Shown one piece after another: positions 10,512 to 20,403 of a stretch of DNA of 64,000 nucleotides. Numbering within the stretch: position 1 is the first letter of the stretch; each line of letters starts with the position of its first letter. The notes under the pieces are model-generated. The model was not told the DNA's origin, searched no databases, and saw only the letters and a list, made by a program, of their open reading frames with translations. The position numbers and the translations under genes were made by a program. Source of the stretch: a virus (taxonomy: Duplodnaviria; Caudoviricetes); the IMG/VR virus record IMGVR_UViG_3300025401_000012; one strand, given 5' to 3'.

Positions 10512-11468
10512 ATGGCAAGTCAGGGATCAAAAATTTATGCAACTGATTATAATATTATTCAATCAGCAATCGCATCTGTGCTAGGTGTTGGTTCTGGCAC
10601 ATCTGGGTATGGGTTAACTAGCTCAACAACACCTGCTCTTAACAGTTCACAAATTATTGGAAATCCTACGATTACTACTACTCAATGGAGTAATTTACGA
10701 CAAGATTTAATTAACGCATATACACATCAAGGATCTCCAGGGTCTTTGACAATACCATCTGTTCCTACTAGATCAAATAAAGTTACAGCTAGCGATTATG
10801 CATTATATCTGGCTCTTAGTAATGCCTGCACATCTAATAAATTGGCAATTCCGCCAAGTCCACAAGCATCGGCAGTTACATTTTCGACTGGTACTAGAAC
10901 TACAGCATGGAATGGAACAATTACTCATACAGTTGTAATGACATTCTCTGATGCAAATCATGCTAGATACTATTTTAATGCCGGCGGATATATCACATTC
11001 CAAGCTAGTTTAATAAATTATCCAGGATATCCAGGATACGGCACTGCAGACGGCAGCTATACAAAAAATAGTGACTGGAACATGTTATTAAGTAACATGG
11101 GAACTACTACGTTTGGCTACAATAGTACTACCAATAGTGGAAACGGAACCGGCCAGACAATTTTGTCTAATGTAGGATATTATCAATTAACTACTAGCAG
11201 TCAAAATATCTATAGAAAAGTTACAAGTAGTTCGACATATACGCCAAACCAATATGACATTTATGCTTATGTCGATGGTACTGGTGCGGTATTGACATTT
11301 AGTATACAATTTCAAGATCTATCAACAGCCCATTCTGGAAATCCTTATTCCACTGATTGGAATGTAGAAGGTACTTTGACTAGCCTTGTCAAAGGATATT
11401 ATGCATCTGGATCATATGTGTCTGTAACTCCTCCTTCAATTAATAGTGCTAATCCTACAATAGGATAA
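10512..11468 (+). CDS. Putative virion structural protein
   Basis: S/T/Y/G-rich beta protein closing the tail block. Confidence 0.5.
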   Translation: MASQGSKIYATDYNIIQSAIASVLGVGSGTSGYGLTSSTTPALNSSQIIGNPTITTTQWSNLRQDLINAYTHQGSPGSLTIPSVPTRSNKVTASDYALYLALSNACTSNKLAIPPSPQASAVTFSTGTRTTAWNGTITHTVVMTFSDANHARYYFNAGGYITFQASLINYPGYPGYGTADGSYTKNSDWNMLLSNMGTTTFGYNSTTNSGNGTGQTILSNVGYYQLTTSSQNIYRKVTSSSTYTPNQYDIYAYVDGTGAVLTFSIQFQDLSTAHSGNPYSTDWNVEGTLTSLVKGYYASGSYVSVTPPSINSANPTIG

Positions 11469-11492
11469 TCAGGTTCTATATAACCTAAATCA

Positions 11493-11521
11493 TTGACAAG
11501 CTAACTACTGTACTGTATTAT
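11493..11521 (+). promoter_or_regulatory. Sigma70-type promoter TTGACA-N17-TATTAT
   Basis: -35 at 11493-11498, -10 at 11516-11521, then a GGAG RBS and ATG at 11542. Drives the glycosyltransferase block. Confidence 0.75.
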
Positions 11522-11541
11522 TGTACACTACGGAGTTTGTT

Positions 11542-11892
11542 ATGGATGAAAGAATAGAAAAAGCATTTGGTGTGGCTAACTTCATGGCCACACTATCAAA
11601 TCAAAAACGCATAATTTTAGAAGAATATAATCAACAATTGATACATTATATTAATGGTGCAACATTTCAAATTAGCACTGATCTTATAAGTTTTATTAAA
11701 ACATTAATCGATTTAGGAAATACAACAGATATTGTCCTAGTAGACAGTAATAATTTTCCTGTGCTAATAGAAGATTTAAATGTTTTTCTAAAAGACATAG
11801 TTGATGTGTACGTTTCAGCTACTAACACTTACGCTATACGTTTTAATGAAATTAAAACTAAGCGAAAAATTGCAGATATTGTTGATCTATGA
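11542..11892 (+). CDS. Hypothetical protein, first gene of the glycosyltransferase operon
   Basis: ATG at 11542 with a GGAG RBS fits better than the track TTG at 11521. Confidence 0.6.
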   Translation: MDERIEKAFGVANFMATLSNQKRIILEEYNQQLIHYINGATFQISTDLISFIKTLIDLGNTTDIVLVDSNNFPVLIEDLNVFLKDIVDVYVSATNTYAIRFNEIKTKRKIADIVDL

Positions 11893-12737
11893 GCTCTGGA
11901 ATTTTAATTTTTGCTCAAAATAATTCAGAAGTTGACTACATTAAACTAGCAGTGTTTTCTGCCAAACAAGCTCAAAAATATTTGAATTTACCTGTAAGTA
12001 TTGTTACAGATGGTCGTACATGGTTAGAAAGTAATTATCCAACACATCCGTTTGATCAAATAATTGAAGTTGACTATACTCCTATAGTACAGCGTAGGCG
12101 ATTTAATGACGGCTCTTTAAGTTCTAAAGATCTTGATTGGAGGAACTATGCTAGAAATCAAGCATATGATCTTACACCGTATGATCGCACATTGGTCATA
12201 GATAGTGATTATATCATAAACAGTAGTGTGTTAGCACCAGCATTTCAATTAGATTATGGTTTACAAATTTACTCATCGAGTATGGATCTAGCTAGTTGGA
12301 GATCGACTACTGAATTTGAAAGAATAAATCCTTATAGTATTCCGTTTTATTGGGCAACTGCATTTATCTTTGAAAAAAATCAATCAATGCAAAGTTTTTT
12401 TGATATAGTGGCTTATATTAAATCTAATTGGAATTATTTTAGAGTGTTATACAATATAGATACTTCTTTATATCGAAACGATTTTGCTTTCAGTATAGCT
12501 ATTCATATAATGAATGGCAACACAGACGGAAAATTTGCTATAGAACTACCGGGAAGTATGATCTATACAAAAGATAAAGATATACTTGTTGACATGCAAG
12601 ATGATGTTATGCATTTTTTATTAGAAAAAAAAGATTATCAAGGCGAATATATAGTTGCTAAGACACAAGGATTGGATGTACATGTTATGAACAAATTTAG
12701 TTTAAGTCGTTTTATCGATGGGGGTTCGGGTGTCTAA
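11889..12737 (+). CDS. GT-A fold glycosyltransferase-like protein
   Basis: GILIFA...DYIKLA...PVSIVTD...YDLTPYDRTLVIDSDY carries a DxD motif. Paralogue of the next ORF. Confidence 0.7.
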   Translation: MSSGILIFAQNNSEVDYIKLAVFSAKQAQKYLNLPVSIVTDGRTWLESNYPTHPFDQIIEVDYTPIVQRRRFNDGSLSSKDLDWRNYARNQAYDLTPYDRTLVIDSDYIINSSVLAPAFQLDYGLQIYSSSMDLASWRSTTEFERINPYSIPFYWATAFIFEKNQSMQSFFDIVAYIKSNWNYFRVLYNIDTSLYRNDFAFSIAIHIMNGNTDGKFAIELPGSMIYTKDKDILVDMQDDVMHFLLEKKDYQGEYIVAKTQGLDVHVMNKFSLSRFIDGGSGV

Positions 12738-13563
12738 AGGATTTCTTTTATTAGCACAAAATACTGACGATGTAGATTATATACGTCAAGCCTATGCATT
12801 AGCACTAAGTATTAAATCAACTCAGCGGATTACAACCAATGTTTCATTAGTTACCGATGACAATGTTCCTAAAGAATATATACATGCATTTGATAAAATT
12901 ATTCCTATACCGTTCGGGTCTGATACAACTTTATCTAAATACAGAACAGAAAATCGCTGGAAGGTATATTATGCAACTCCCTACGATGAAACTATTGTAC
13001 TAGATACCGATATGCTAGTGTTAGAAGACATTACTAGTTGGTGGAACTATTGTAGCAATTATGATATTAAATTTTGTAATAGTATTCAAAATTATAAAAT
13101 GGAAACTGTAGTTGATACAATACATCGTCGAGCATTTATAAGCAATAATCTTACCAGTCCATATTGTGCATTATATTATTTTAAAAAAAGCCAATACACT
13201 TATGAATTCTTTAAAGTATTAGAATTTGTTGTTAAAAATTGGGAATGGTGTTGGACTAAATTTGCCTCTGAAAATTATCAAAATTGGCTCAGCATGGATT
13301 TAGCTGTTGCTGTAACAATTGAAATAATGTGTGCTCAAGAACAAGTATTAGATAGTAATAATCCAATGAAATTTGTGCATATGAAAACACCATTGCAAAA
13401 TTGGAATGTGTCCACAGAAAGCTGGCAATCGAATGTCCTTAGTAATTTCAATGGAATACTTACTGTTGGTAATATTCGTCAACACAAAATATTTCACTAT
13501 ATAGAAAAAGATTTTTTATCTGACTACATAGTTGATAAATTGCAGGAGTTAAGTCGTGGCTAA
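12730..13563 (+). CDS. GT-A fold glycosyltransferase-like protein
   Basis: GFLLLAQN..VDYIRQA...NVSLVTD...YYATPYDETIVLDTDM (DxD). Probable GTG start at 12730. Confidence 0.7.
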   Translation: MSKGFLLLAQNTDDVDYIRQAYALALSIKSTQRITTNVSLVTDDNVPKEYIHAFDKIIPIPFGSDTTLSKYRTENRWKVYYATPYDETIVLDTDMLVLEDITSWWNYCSNYDIKFCNSIQNYKMETVVDTIHRRAFISNNLTSPYCALYYFKKSQYTYEFFKVLEFVVKNWEWCWTKFASENYQNWLSMDLAVAVTIEIMCAQEQVLDSNNPMKFVHMKTPLQNWNVSTESWQSNVLSNFNGILTVGNIRQHKIFHYIEKDFLSDYIVDKLQELSRG

Positions 13564-14170
13564 ACGTCAAAAAAAAATACAAAATAATTCTTTTCCTGAA
13601 CATAAATTTTATGTACACTATAATGATGATGGAACTATACTTTCTGTAAATAATTTTCGAAATGATGCATATAGTCTTGCAATTGAAATTACATTAGAAC
13701 AACATCATAGATTAGTTGCTGGATTAGAACAATTTACAGATTTTAGAGTTGGAACTATTATAGATGATAAAGGTAATCCGTCGATTGGACTTATACCGAC
13801 ACGTATTATAGAAGAACATAATTTTAAAAATCGATTATTAAAATGGATTGATAAAGATTGTCATGACTCAGATATAGATATTCATTGGGATGAGTTTAAT
13901 GATAGATGGATATTTGTAGCATCGGATGTATTTAGACAAAAATATTATGACAATAAATTGCCTATATCCGATTTAACATTGTTTTTAACATTGGGAAAAG
14001 ACCCTAACTTTTTAATTAAAACATTTAGTATAGATTTAAAAAAAATTACCTACGATAAAATTATAGTGCCATTTGAAACAAAATGGGAAAAAAATATAGA
14101 TGAAATTGCTATTACAACTAATCTAGCTAGTATTAATTACGCATTAAAAATTTGGAGAATACATGAGTAA
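13556..14170 (+). CDS. Hypothetical protein in the GT operon
   Basis: Overlap-coupled to both neighbours. No recognised motif. Confidence 0.55.
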   Translation: MAKRQKKIQNNSFPEHKFYVHYNDDGTILSVNNFRNDAYSLAIEITLEQHHRLVAGLEQFTDFRVGTIIDDKGNPSIGLIPTRIIEEHNFKNRLLKWIDKDCHDSDIDIHWDEFNDRWIFVASDVFRQKYYDNKLPISDLTLFLTLGKDPNFLIKTFSIDLKKITYDKIIVPFETKWEKNIDEIAITTNLASINYALKIWRIHE

Positions 14171-15068
14171 AATTAAGGTAATTGAACAGGACATTATATT
14201 TCTCAGTTATGATGAACCTAACGCCGAAAAAAATTATGCAGATCTATTAAGTAAAGTACCATGGGCAAAACGTGTGCATGGTGTTAAAGGCTCAGATGCA
14301 GCACATAAAGCCTGTGCAGCAAAATGCGAAACAGAATATTTTGTTACAGTTGATGGCGATAATATTATCGACCCTGCATTTTTAGAAGTTGAAATTGACT
14401 TAGATGAGCTTGGCTTGACTAAAGATTATGTTTTTAGTTGGTGCGGAAAAGTTCATGTTAATCATTTAATGTACGGTAATGGAGGCCTTAAAATGTGGAC
14501 GCCTGAGTTTGTTAATAACATGCGTACACATGAAAATTCAGATCCTAATGATACTAAGGGGCTTGTTGAATTTTGTTTTGATGAAAAATACTATCAGTTC
14601 AATGAAAATTATAGTGAAAGTTTTACCAACGCTAGTCCATTCCAAGCATGGCGTGCCGGCTTTAGAGAAGGTGTAAAGATGTCATTGGATCAAGGCGCTA
14701 AAGTAAAAGACCTTAAAAAAGTTTGGTGGCAAAATTACCATAGATTATTAGTATGGTGTAATATTGGAGCAGATGTTACAAATGGATTATGGAGTATATA
14801 CGGTGCCAGAGAAGGAGCTTATTTGACCAACTGTACTGATTGGGATTATAGCAATGTGCGCGATTTTGATTGGTTAACTGACCAGTGGGAGAACAAATAC
14901 AGCAAAGTTACAGATGACATGTTAAGACATGAAATATCTGGATTAGGAGAAACACTTAAACATGAATGTGGTTTGGAACTTTTTGATCCATGCAAAGACT
15001 CTAGTAGTTTTTTTAAAACTGTGTTTAACAATAGCCCTAGAATTGTAAGGAAAAAATATAATGTATGA
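14163..15068 (+). CDS. GT-A-like glycosyltransferase, second family
   Basis: DIIFLSYDE...RVHGVKG...AHKACA...YFVTVDGD (DxD)...GNGGLKMW...AWRAGFREGVKM. Confidence 0.65.
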   Translation: MSKIKVIEQDIIFLSYDEPNAEKNYADLLSKVPWAKRVHGVKGSDAAHKACAAKCETEYFVTVDGDNIIDPAFLEVEIDLDELGLTKDYVFSWCGKVHVNHLMYGNGGLKMWTPEFVNNMRTHENSDPNDTKGLVEFCFDEKYYQFNENYSESFTNASPFQAWRAGFREGVKMSLDQGAKVKDLKKVWWQNYHRLLVWCNIGADVTNGLWSIYGAREGAYLTNCTDWDYSNVRDFDWLTDQWENKYSKVTDDMLRHEISGLGETLKHECGLELFDPCKDSSSFFKTVFNNSPRIVRKKYNV

Positions 15069-15774
15069 TATTGCATTTATAAGTTATAATGAATCACACG
15101 CTACTGATAGATATATTGAACTATTAAAAGCCTATCCTTATAATAAATTTTATAGAATTCAAAATATTAAAGGAATACATAATGCACATATTGAAGCTGC
15201 TAAAAAGGCAAACTCTAATATGTTTTATGTTGTTGATGCAGATGCAGAAATATTACCTAGTTTTAAATTTAATATTAAGTTAGATCCAAGCGAAGAAGAT
15301 ATTGTACATGTATGGCGTAGCATAAATCCTATCAATGGATTAGAATATGGGTACGGTGGAGTTAAATTATTACCCAAAAATTTAACCATTAATATGAATA
15401 TTTCTAATCCTGATATGACCACTAGTATCAGTCCTCGATTTAAAATTATAAATGAACTTAGTAATATAACTCGATTTAACACTGATCCATTAAGTACGTG
15501 GCGTAGTAGTTTTAGAGAGTGTGTTAAATTATCTAGTAAAATTATCGTCGGTCAGTTAGACGAAGAAACACAGCATAGATTAGATGTGTGGAGATTTAAT
15601 GGGAGTCAGGCGCCCTTTGCAGAATATTCAAGAGGTGGTGCAAGTGCAGGAGAATGGTACGGAACAACATATAAAGATGATCCAGTATCGCTTGCAAAAA
15701 TTAATGATTTTGATTGGCTAGAGGAACAATTTAATGCACACACTGAATTGTTCCCTCCAGAAACTTTTAAATAA
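15061..15774 (+). CDS. GT-A-like glycosyltransferase, paralogue of the 14163 protein
   Basis: DIAFISYNE...RIQNIKG..NAHIEAA...FYVVDADA...GYGGVKLL...TWRSSFRECVKL...NDFDWL. Confidence 0.65.
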   Translation: MYDIAFISYNESHATDRYIELLKAYPYNKFYRIQNIKGIHNAHIEAAKKANSNMFYVVDADAEILPSFKFNIKLDPSEEDIVHVWRSINPINGLEYGYGGVKLLPKNLTINMNISNPDMTTSISPRFKIINELSNITRFNTDPLSTWRSSFRECVKLSSKIIVGQLDEETQHRLDVWRFNGSQAPFAEYSRGGASAGEWYGTTYKDDPVSLAKINDFDWLEEQFNAHTELFPPETFK

Positions 15775-16447
15775 GATCTGTAGTCATCGGGAAGATTTTA
15801 GCAATAACTTTAGCACAAGCTATTGCAACTTCCTGATGCTCTTTTTGTGTACCATTTGAGCTACGTAATTCAATAAAGTGAATCCAACTACGTAACGTAC
15901 CATTCATATATAACCGACTTTCAATAAGTCCTTCTGGTAATACAGCACGTGCTTGTTCTTTGGCTATTCCTTTACTAATAGCCCATTCGTATGCATCACG
16001 ACTTTGTTTAATAACAAGCTCCTGCATACGCTCCCATTGATACGCTAAAAACCGATCTTCATCATTATTATGAGGATCTAGTTCTATGCTATTTTGTCTA
16101 TTTTTGGTATCTTGCTTGCGAGCATCTCTAAGTACAAAGTTGAGATCCTTTGTTGGGTCAGCATAACGTTGGCTGAACTCTTGAAAACTGAAGCTTCTAT
16201 GTCTAAGGATTTGTCTTGCGATATCTCTTGTAGTAGTAATCTCGATGCAGGCGGACACCATTTCGAGAGGACTCCAGTGTTGGTGCTTAATAAGATATCT
16301 AATGAGCTTTTCTGAGGTTTCTGTATTAAGCTGATTGCTCGGGTTACTGACTCTTGCACAGTAGGCAATGAGTTCTTGTGCATCCGAGATTCCCATGCTA
16401 GCAAATTCTTCAGTTGGCTGGCTGTAACTAAGCAATTTAACATTCAT
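15767..16447 (-). CDS. thyX: Flavin-dependent thymidylate synthase ThyX
   Basis: HWSPLEM and the RHRSFSFQEFSQRY ThyX motif; also KEQARAVLP, NGTLRSWIHFIELR. Confidence 0.95.
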   Translation of the reverse strand: MNVKLLSYSQPTEEFASMGISDAQELIAYCARVSNPSNQLNTETSEKLIRYLIKHQHWSPLEMVSACIEITTTRDIARQILRHRSFSFQEFSQRYADPTKDLNFVLRDARKQDTKNRQNSIELDPHNNDEDRFLAYQWERMQELVIKQSRDAYEWAISKGIAKEQARAVLPEGLIESRLYMNGTLRSWIHFIELRSSNGTQKEHQEVAIACAKVIAKIFPMTTDLI

Positions 16448-16768
16448 TTATAACTTCTTTTTCTTTAAAAATTGTTGAGTAGTTCTTTCGATATCTTTTC
16501 GTACTCGAGCCGAATCCAATTTAAAATCTACGTTATCGATCGAATCTTCATAGTTCTTACATAACTCGCTGAGGCTACTTTCAAACACCGGCCAACCTTC
16601 TCGTTTTGCCTTTGCTGTTACTTTTATTTCCCAAGTTTTGCCGTCTTTAAAATTAATCAAAACTGTACTAAGATACTTAATGGGTAAAACATTAAGTTGA
16701 ACATCTTCGAATACTTCTGGCCAATGTGCTACGACATCTTTGGGAAGGATCTTCCCAGATTTTGTCAC
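16448..16768 (-). CDS. Hypothetical protein
   Basis: Tightly packed ORF in the minus-strand operon. Confidence 0.55.
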   Translation of the reverse strand: MTKSGKILPKDVVAHWPEVFEDVQLNVLPIKYLSTVLINFKDGKTWEIKVTAKAKREGWPVFESSLSELCKNYEDSIDNVDFKLDSARVRKDIERTTQQFLKKKKL

Positions 16769-17364
16769 TGCACTTTCTTCTTGGTCGGAACCAATTCCTC
16801 TGCTTTTCGACGCATCTCAGCTGCTTGTTTAGCTAGTTTATCTGCTTGACTACGATACTCTTTAGCTTGGGCTTCAGGAGTTAATGCTACTGATGAAATT
16901 GGTGCAGGTATTTCGGCAACTTTTTCTTCTGTAACTGTTGCTGTTGCTTTTTCGGTATTAGTTTCTCCAGTAGTCGGTTTAATAGATAATTCGTCTACAG
17001 CAACACCGCGTTGTTCAGCAATAATTTGATTTAATTCAGATAATTGAATACTTACACCGGCTCTCGGAGTCATTTCAATTGCGCTTGTTGGTGCTTTAAT
17101 TAATCTGTTATTGACATGCAACCAAGGCAACATGCGTGAACCGTCTGGAAATTGAGTGCGATCTAATACTTCGGCAAACTCATACGAGTCCTGACCAGCA
17201 CCACTTTCTACTAAATTAATAATAGCATCGTGATAGATATCAGGCATATTCTCGGTTGGAACAATTAAGCAATTATATGCATCACCGGGTAATGTACGAT
17301 ATGCCACTATACATTTTTTGTTAGTGGCAATGACACGCCCTACGTGTTTAAGTTCTTGAGCCAT
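16765..17364 (-). CDS. Hypothetical protein with C-terminal coiled coil
   Basis: Coupled ORF. EYRSQADKLAKQAAEMRRKAEEL forms a helix. Confidence 0.6.
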   Translation of the reverse strand: MAQELKHVGRVIATNKKCIVAYRTLPGDAYNCLIVPTENMPDIYHDAIINLVESGAGQDSYEFAEVLDRTQFPDGSRMLPWLHVNNRLIKAPTSAIEMTPRAGVSIQLSELNQIIAEQRGVAVDELSIKPTTGETNTEKATATVTEEKVAEIPAPISSVALTPEAQAKEYRSQADKLAKQAAEMRRKAEELVPTKKKVQ

Positions 17365-17365
17365 A

Positions 17366-17641
17366 TTAAGCTCCTGCTACAGCTGATGAAAGAGCGTCAG
17401 TTGCTGGTTGTTGTGTTGCAGGTTGAGCAGCATTTGCCTTCTCTGCTGCTGCTTGTTGTGCTGATACAGCATCTAAAAATGTTGTTAATTTTGTATATGT
17501 TTGACCTACAGCTACCATTTCATTTGGTTTAAATGCACCACGTGAACTAGCAATATCAATAATGACTTTCATTGCATTTAGGTCATTAATTGTAAGGTCG
17601 TTTGACGGAGCACCGTCGTTTGTATTTTGTACGTCAGCCAT
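17366..17641 (-). CDS. Hypothetical protein
   Basis: AGGAG RBS; packed ORF. Confidence 0.55.
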   Translation of the reverse strand: MADVQNTNDGAPSNDLTINDLNAMKVIIDIASSRGAFKPNEMVAVGQTYTKLTTFLDAVSAQQAAAEKANAAQPATQQPATDALSSAVAGA

Positions 17642-17669
17642 AATATCTCCTTATTGAGTACGTAATTAG

Positions 17670-17957
17670 TTATCTCGTCTGTAAAAGAGGACAGGCAATT
17701 GTGAAAAAACTTAATTCTTTTTCGCTTTCAAAGCCAATACGTGTATTATAAACAATTGTATTGGTATTATCTAGCGTAATTCCTTGTCCTACATAATACC
17801 TATTATTTAAATTCTTTTTGATCCAAGAGTCTATAGATTTGACTAAACTAGGATTGTATCTATCTATACTAGTATATTTGAAATGTGGACAGGCAAACTC
17901 AACCCTTCTTAAATCATAATAATTTAAAGGATTAGGTTTGCCATTTTTTAATGCCAT
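17670..17957 (-). CDS. Hypothetical protein
   Basis: TAATG coupling to the upstream vWA gene. Confidence 0.55.
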   Translation of the reverse strand: MALKNGKPNPLNYYDLRRVEFACPHFKYTSIDRYNPSLVKSIDSWIKKNLNNRYYVGQGITLDNTNTIVYNTRIGFESEKELSFFTIACPLLQTR

Positions 17958-19141
17958 TATGCTGTTTCCTTAGCAAACTGATAATACGCATATTCTCCAA
18001 AAGGAGGAACAATGGTATCATTACCGTGAATAATGAATACTGTATCGCAGTAATTTTCATCACCCCAACTACCCCAAGGATACCCATCAGTGAACATGAT
18101 AAACTTTTTAGGTTGAATATCATTTTCTTTCATGTAATTCCAGTTGGCATCGAACTCAGTTCCACCACCGCCCATTGGCTCGTAGTAATCAAATTCGTCG
18201 ATATTATATCCGTCAAAGTCTGCTTCGTTATAAACTCGAGTATCAAAACACCATACTTTAATTTTAAAGTCTTTATACTCTTGCATAATACCTTTAATTT
18301 CTGTTAAGAAATCTTTTGCCTGTTCGTCGCCGATCGAACCTGACATATCGATTGCTACACAGATATCAATTGTTTCTTGAAATTGTGTTCCGGGTAGCAC
18401 CGCACTCATGTGCCAACCTTTACGATTAGGACGCATAAACGAATAATCGTTTTTAATAGTGCTTTGAATTTGTTGACGCAGGATTTCACGCCAATTCATT
18501 TTAGGTTCTGTCAATTCCTTAATCATACGCTGTACACTTGCAGGTGTGTTACCAGCACCTGCGGCTTGTGCAGCCTGCATTGTAGCTTCGCGGATCTCAT
18601 CACGAATTTCTTTTAATTGATCTTTAGTATATTTTGGCTGGCCTTCTTTACCGTTTTCACCCCAGTCAATATGTTCATCCAATAATTGACCTAATTGGTT
18701 AAGTTCTTCCTCATCCATTTCGTCAAAGATTTTGTCGTATACTTCTTCTGCACCCATGCCATAGTATTTAGGATCATGGAAAATTTTAATATCACCTACG
18801 TTGTGATCGCCAATACGATCACGAACTAATTGTCCGTTTACACAGTAGTCGGCAGCAATATTAAAAATACGTGCATTGCGATTTTCGCGACGAGCCATGT
18901 GATCAAACACATTATGTAGAATTTCATGTGCAATCACGAATTCGACTTGTTTAACTGTCAACGGTTCAAAAAATTTACGATTAAAAAAGATTGTACGACC
19001 ATCGGTTGCTGCAGTAGGCAACCAATCGTCTGCTTCTTGAATTTTTAAACGTGTTGCCATATTGCCAAAAAACGGATGTTTAAGCAATAAGCTAACTCGA
19101 GCTATAATAATTTTATCAACGATTGGGTCTAAACTAGACAT
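17957..19141 (-). CDS. HExxH metallopeptidase-like + vWA domain protein (DUF2201-type)
   Basis: TAATDG...VIAHEILH...NIAAD in the N-terminus and MIDAS motif IDMSGS plus GGGGTEF in the C-terminus. Start moved to ATG 19141 (TAGGAG RBS). Confidence 0.85.
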   Translation of the reverse strand: MSSLDPIVDKIIIARVSLLLKHPFFGNMATRLKIQEADDWLPTAATDGRTIFFNRKFFEPLTVKQVEFVIAHEILHNVFDHMARRENRNARIFNIAADYCVNGQLVRDRIGDHNVGDIKIFHDPKYYGMGAEEVYDKIFDEMDEEELNQLGQLLDEHIDWGENGKEGQPKYTKDQLKEIRDEIREATMQAAQAAGAGNTPASVQRMIKELTEPKMNWREILRQQIQSTIKNDYSFMRPNRKGWHMSAVLPGTQFQETIDICVAIDMSGSIGDEQAKDFLTEIKGIMQEYKDFKIKVWCFDTRVYNEADFDGYNIDEFDYYEPMGGGGTEFDANWNYMKENDIQPKKFIMFTDGYPWGSWGDENYCDTVFIIHGNDTIVPPFGEYAYYQFAKETA

Positions 19142-19170
19142 CTTTGCTCCTAAGTTTTTACTATGTATAT

Positions 19171-19199
19171 AGTATAACACCTCCCTAAGGAGGTGTCAA
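19171..19199 (-). promoter_or_regulatory. Sigma70 promoter TTGACA-N17-TATACT with an 8-bp inverted repeat filling the spacer
   Basis: ACACCTCC-ctaa-GGAGGTGT at 19177-19196. Confidence 0.8.
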
Positions 19200-19215
19200 C
19201 TGATGCTAAACCAAT

Positions 19216-20304
19216 TTACTTTTCGGTTGCTTGACTAATGTACTTACCAAACTTGGAGTGGAATTCGTCAAAACATTTGATTTCATCTGGATCTAATGGC
19301 AACTTGTAAGTTGACAATGCTAATTTAGTACCCATAATAACCAATTCTGTTTCAAAGTTATTCATAATAAACTCAAAGAAACAGTTAACTTGTTCGTTCC
19401 AGTTTTTAGCTTTCTTGTCACATGCATCTTTCAATTCGTAACACAGTGACACAGTTAATGAGTACATAGCACTAATTTCTTTAGAATCCATTTTCTTAAC
19501 TTTGCCATTCAAAATATCTGTAGGATTAGGCATTTTGCTAGCATGTTTACGGTGAGCCATAAAGCTAATTGCCAAACCTTCTCCTACAGAACCACTCACT
19601 AAGTCAGTAAGTGTTTCAGCATCGGTATCGTCATCGTGCAACAACTCGGAAACAAACGACCAAGAGCGTGGAGTGGCAAACGCACGTGAGCTAGATTTTG
19701 GATCAAAATCATACAGACTCTTTTTACTGAAGCTCAAAAATCCAACTACGTCTTTATGGATCTTATTTTCAACAGCCCATTCAAAATAGTCATCCCAATT
19801 AACTTGCATTTCTAAGTGTACAAAACGGTTGGCCAAAGGAGCAGGCATACGGAATGTAACACCTTTATCTGTTTCACGATTGCCAGCAGCAACTAGCACA
19901 ACATTATCTGGCAATTTATAAGTACCTACACGACGATTCAAAATCAATTGATAAGCAGCAGCTTGTACGCTAGGAGCCGCAGAGTTCATTTCGTCTAAAA
20001 ACAACACAATAGTTTTATGTTGTTTAGCCAATTCAGCACTAGGCAATTCGCTAGGAGGAGCCCAACGCATTGTTCCATCGTTAGAATCAAAATATGGAAT
20101 GCCTTTAATGTCAGTGGGTTCCCACAAGCTCAAACGAACATCGATTACATGAGCATCAAGCTCATCACCGAGTTGTTTAATGATATCCGATTTACCAATT
20201 CCTGGAGGACCCCATAGAAAAATTGGACGTTGATTTTTAAATGCTTTACGCAAGGATTTTTTAGCGCCGCTTGGACCAACGGTGCGACTGACGATTTCTG
20301 CCAT
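19216..20304 (-). CDS. MoxR-type AAA+ ATPase
   Basis: Walker A GPPGIGKS, Walker B LFLDEMN, AAGN and PLANRF; adjacent to the vWA partner. Confidence 0.85.
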   Translation of the reverse strand: MAEIVSRTVGPSGAKKSLRKAFKNQRPIFLWGPPGIGKSDIIKQLGDELDAHVIDVRLSLWEPTDIKGIPYFDSNDGTMRWAPPSELPSAELAKQHKTIVLFLDEMNSAAPSVQAAAYQLILNRRVGTYKLPDNVVLVAAGNRETDKGVTFRMPAPLANRFVHLEMQVNWDDYFEWAVENKIHKDVVGFLSFSKKSLYDFDPKSSSRAFATPRSWSFVSELLHDDDTDAETLTDLVSGSVGEGLAISFMAHRKHASKMPNPTDILNGKVKKMDSKEISAMYSLTVSLCYELKDACDKKAKNWNEQVNCFFEFIMNNFETELVIMGTKLALSTYKLPLDPDEIKCFDEFHSKFGKYISQATEK

Positions 20305-20359
20305 TTTGCTTCCTATCTTAGTTAAAAAAGTGTTGTTGAATAACGCTGTCTATGTGTAT

Positions 20360-20388
20360 ATTATAATGTCATAGACATTCTTAGTCAA
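20360..20388 (-). promoter_or_regulatory. Sigma70 promoter TTGACT-N17-TATAAT overlapped by an inverted repeat
   Basis: TGTCTATG (20347-20354) and CATAGACA (20370-20377) flank the -10 box. Confidence 0.8.
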
Positions 20389-20403
20389 CTGTTTTTTAAT
20401 ATT

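Noticed and set aside
19216-20304. CobS cobaltochelatase annotation
   Set aside because: No cobalamin genes are nearby, so only MoxR-class membership is supported.
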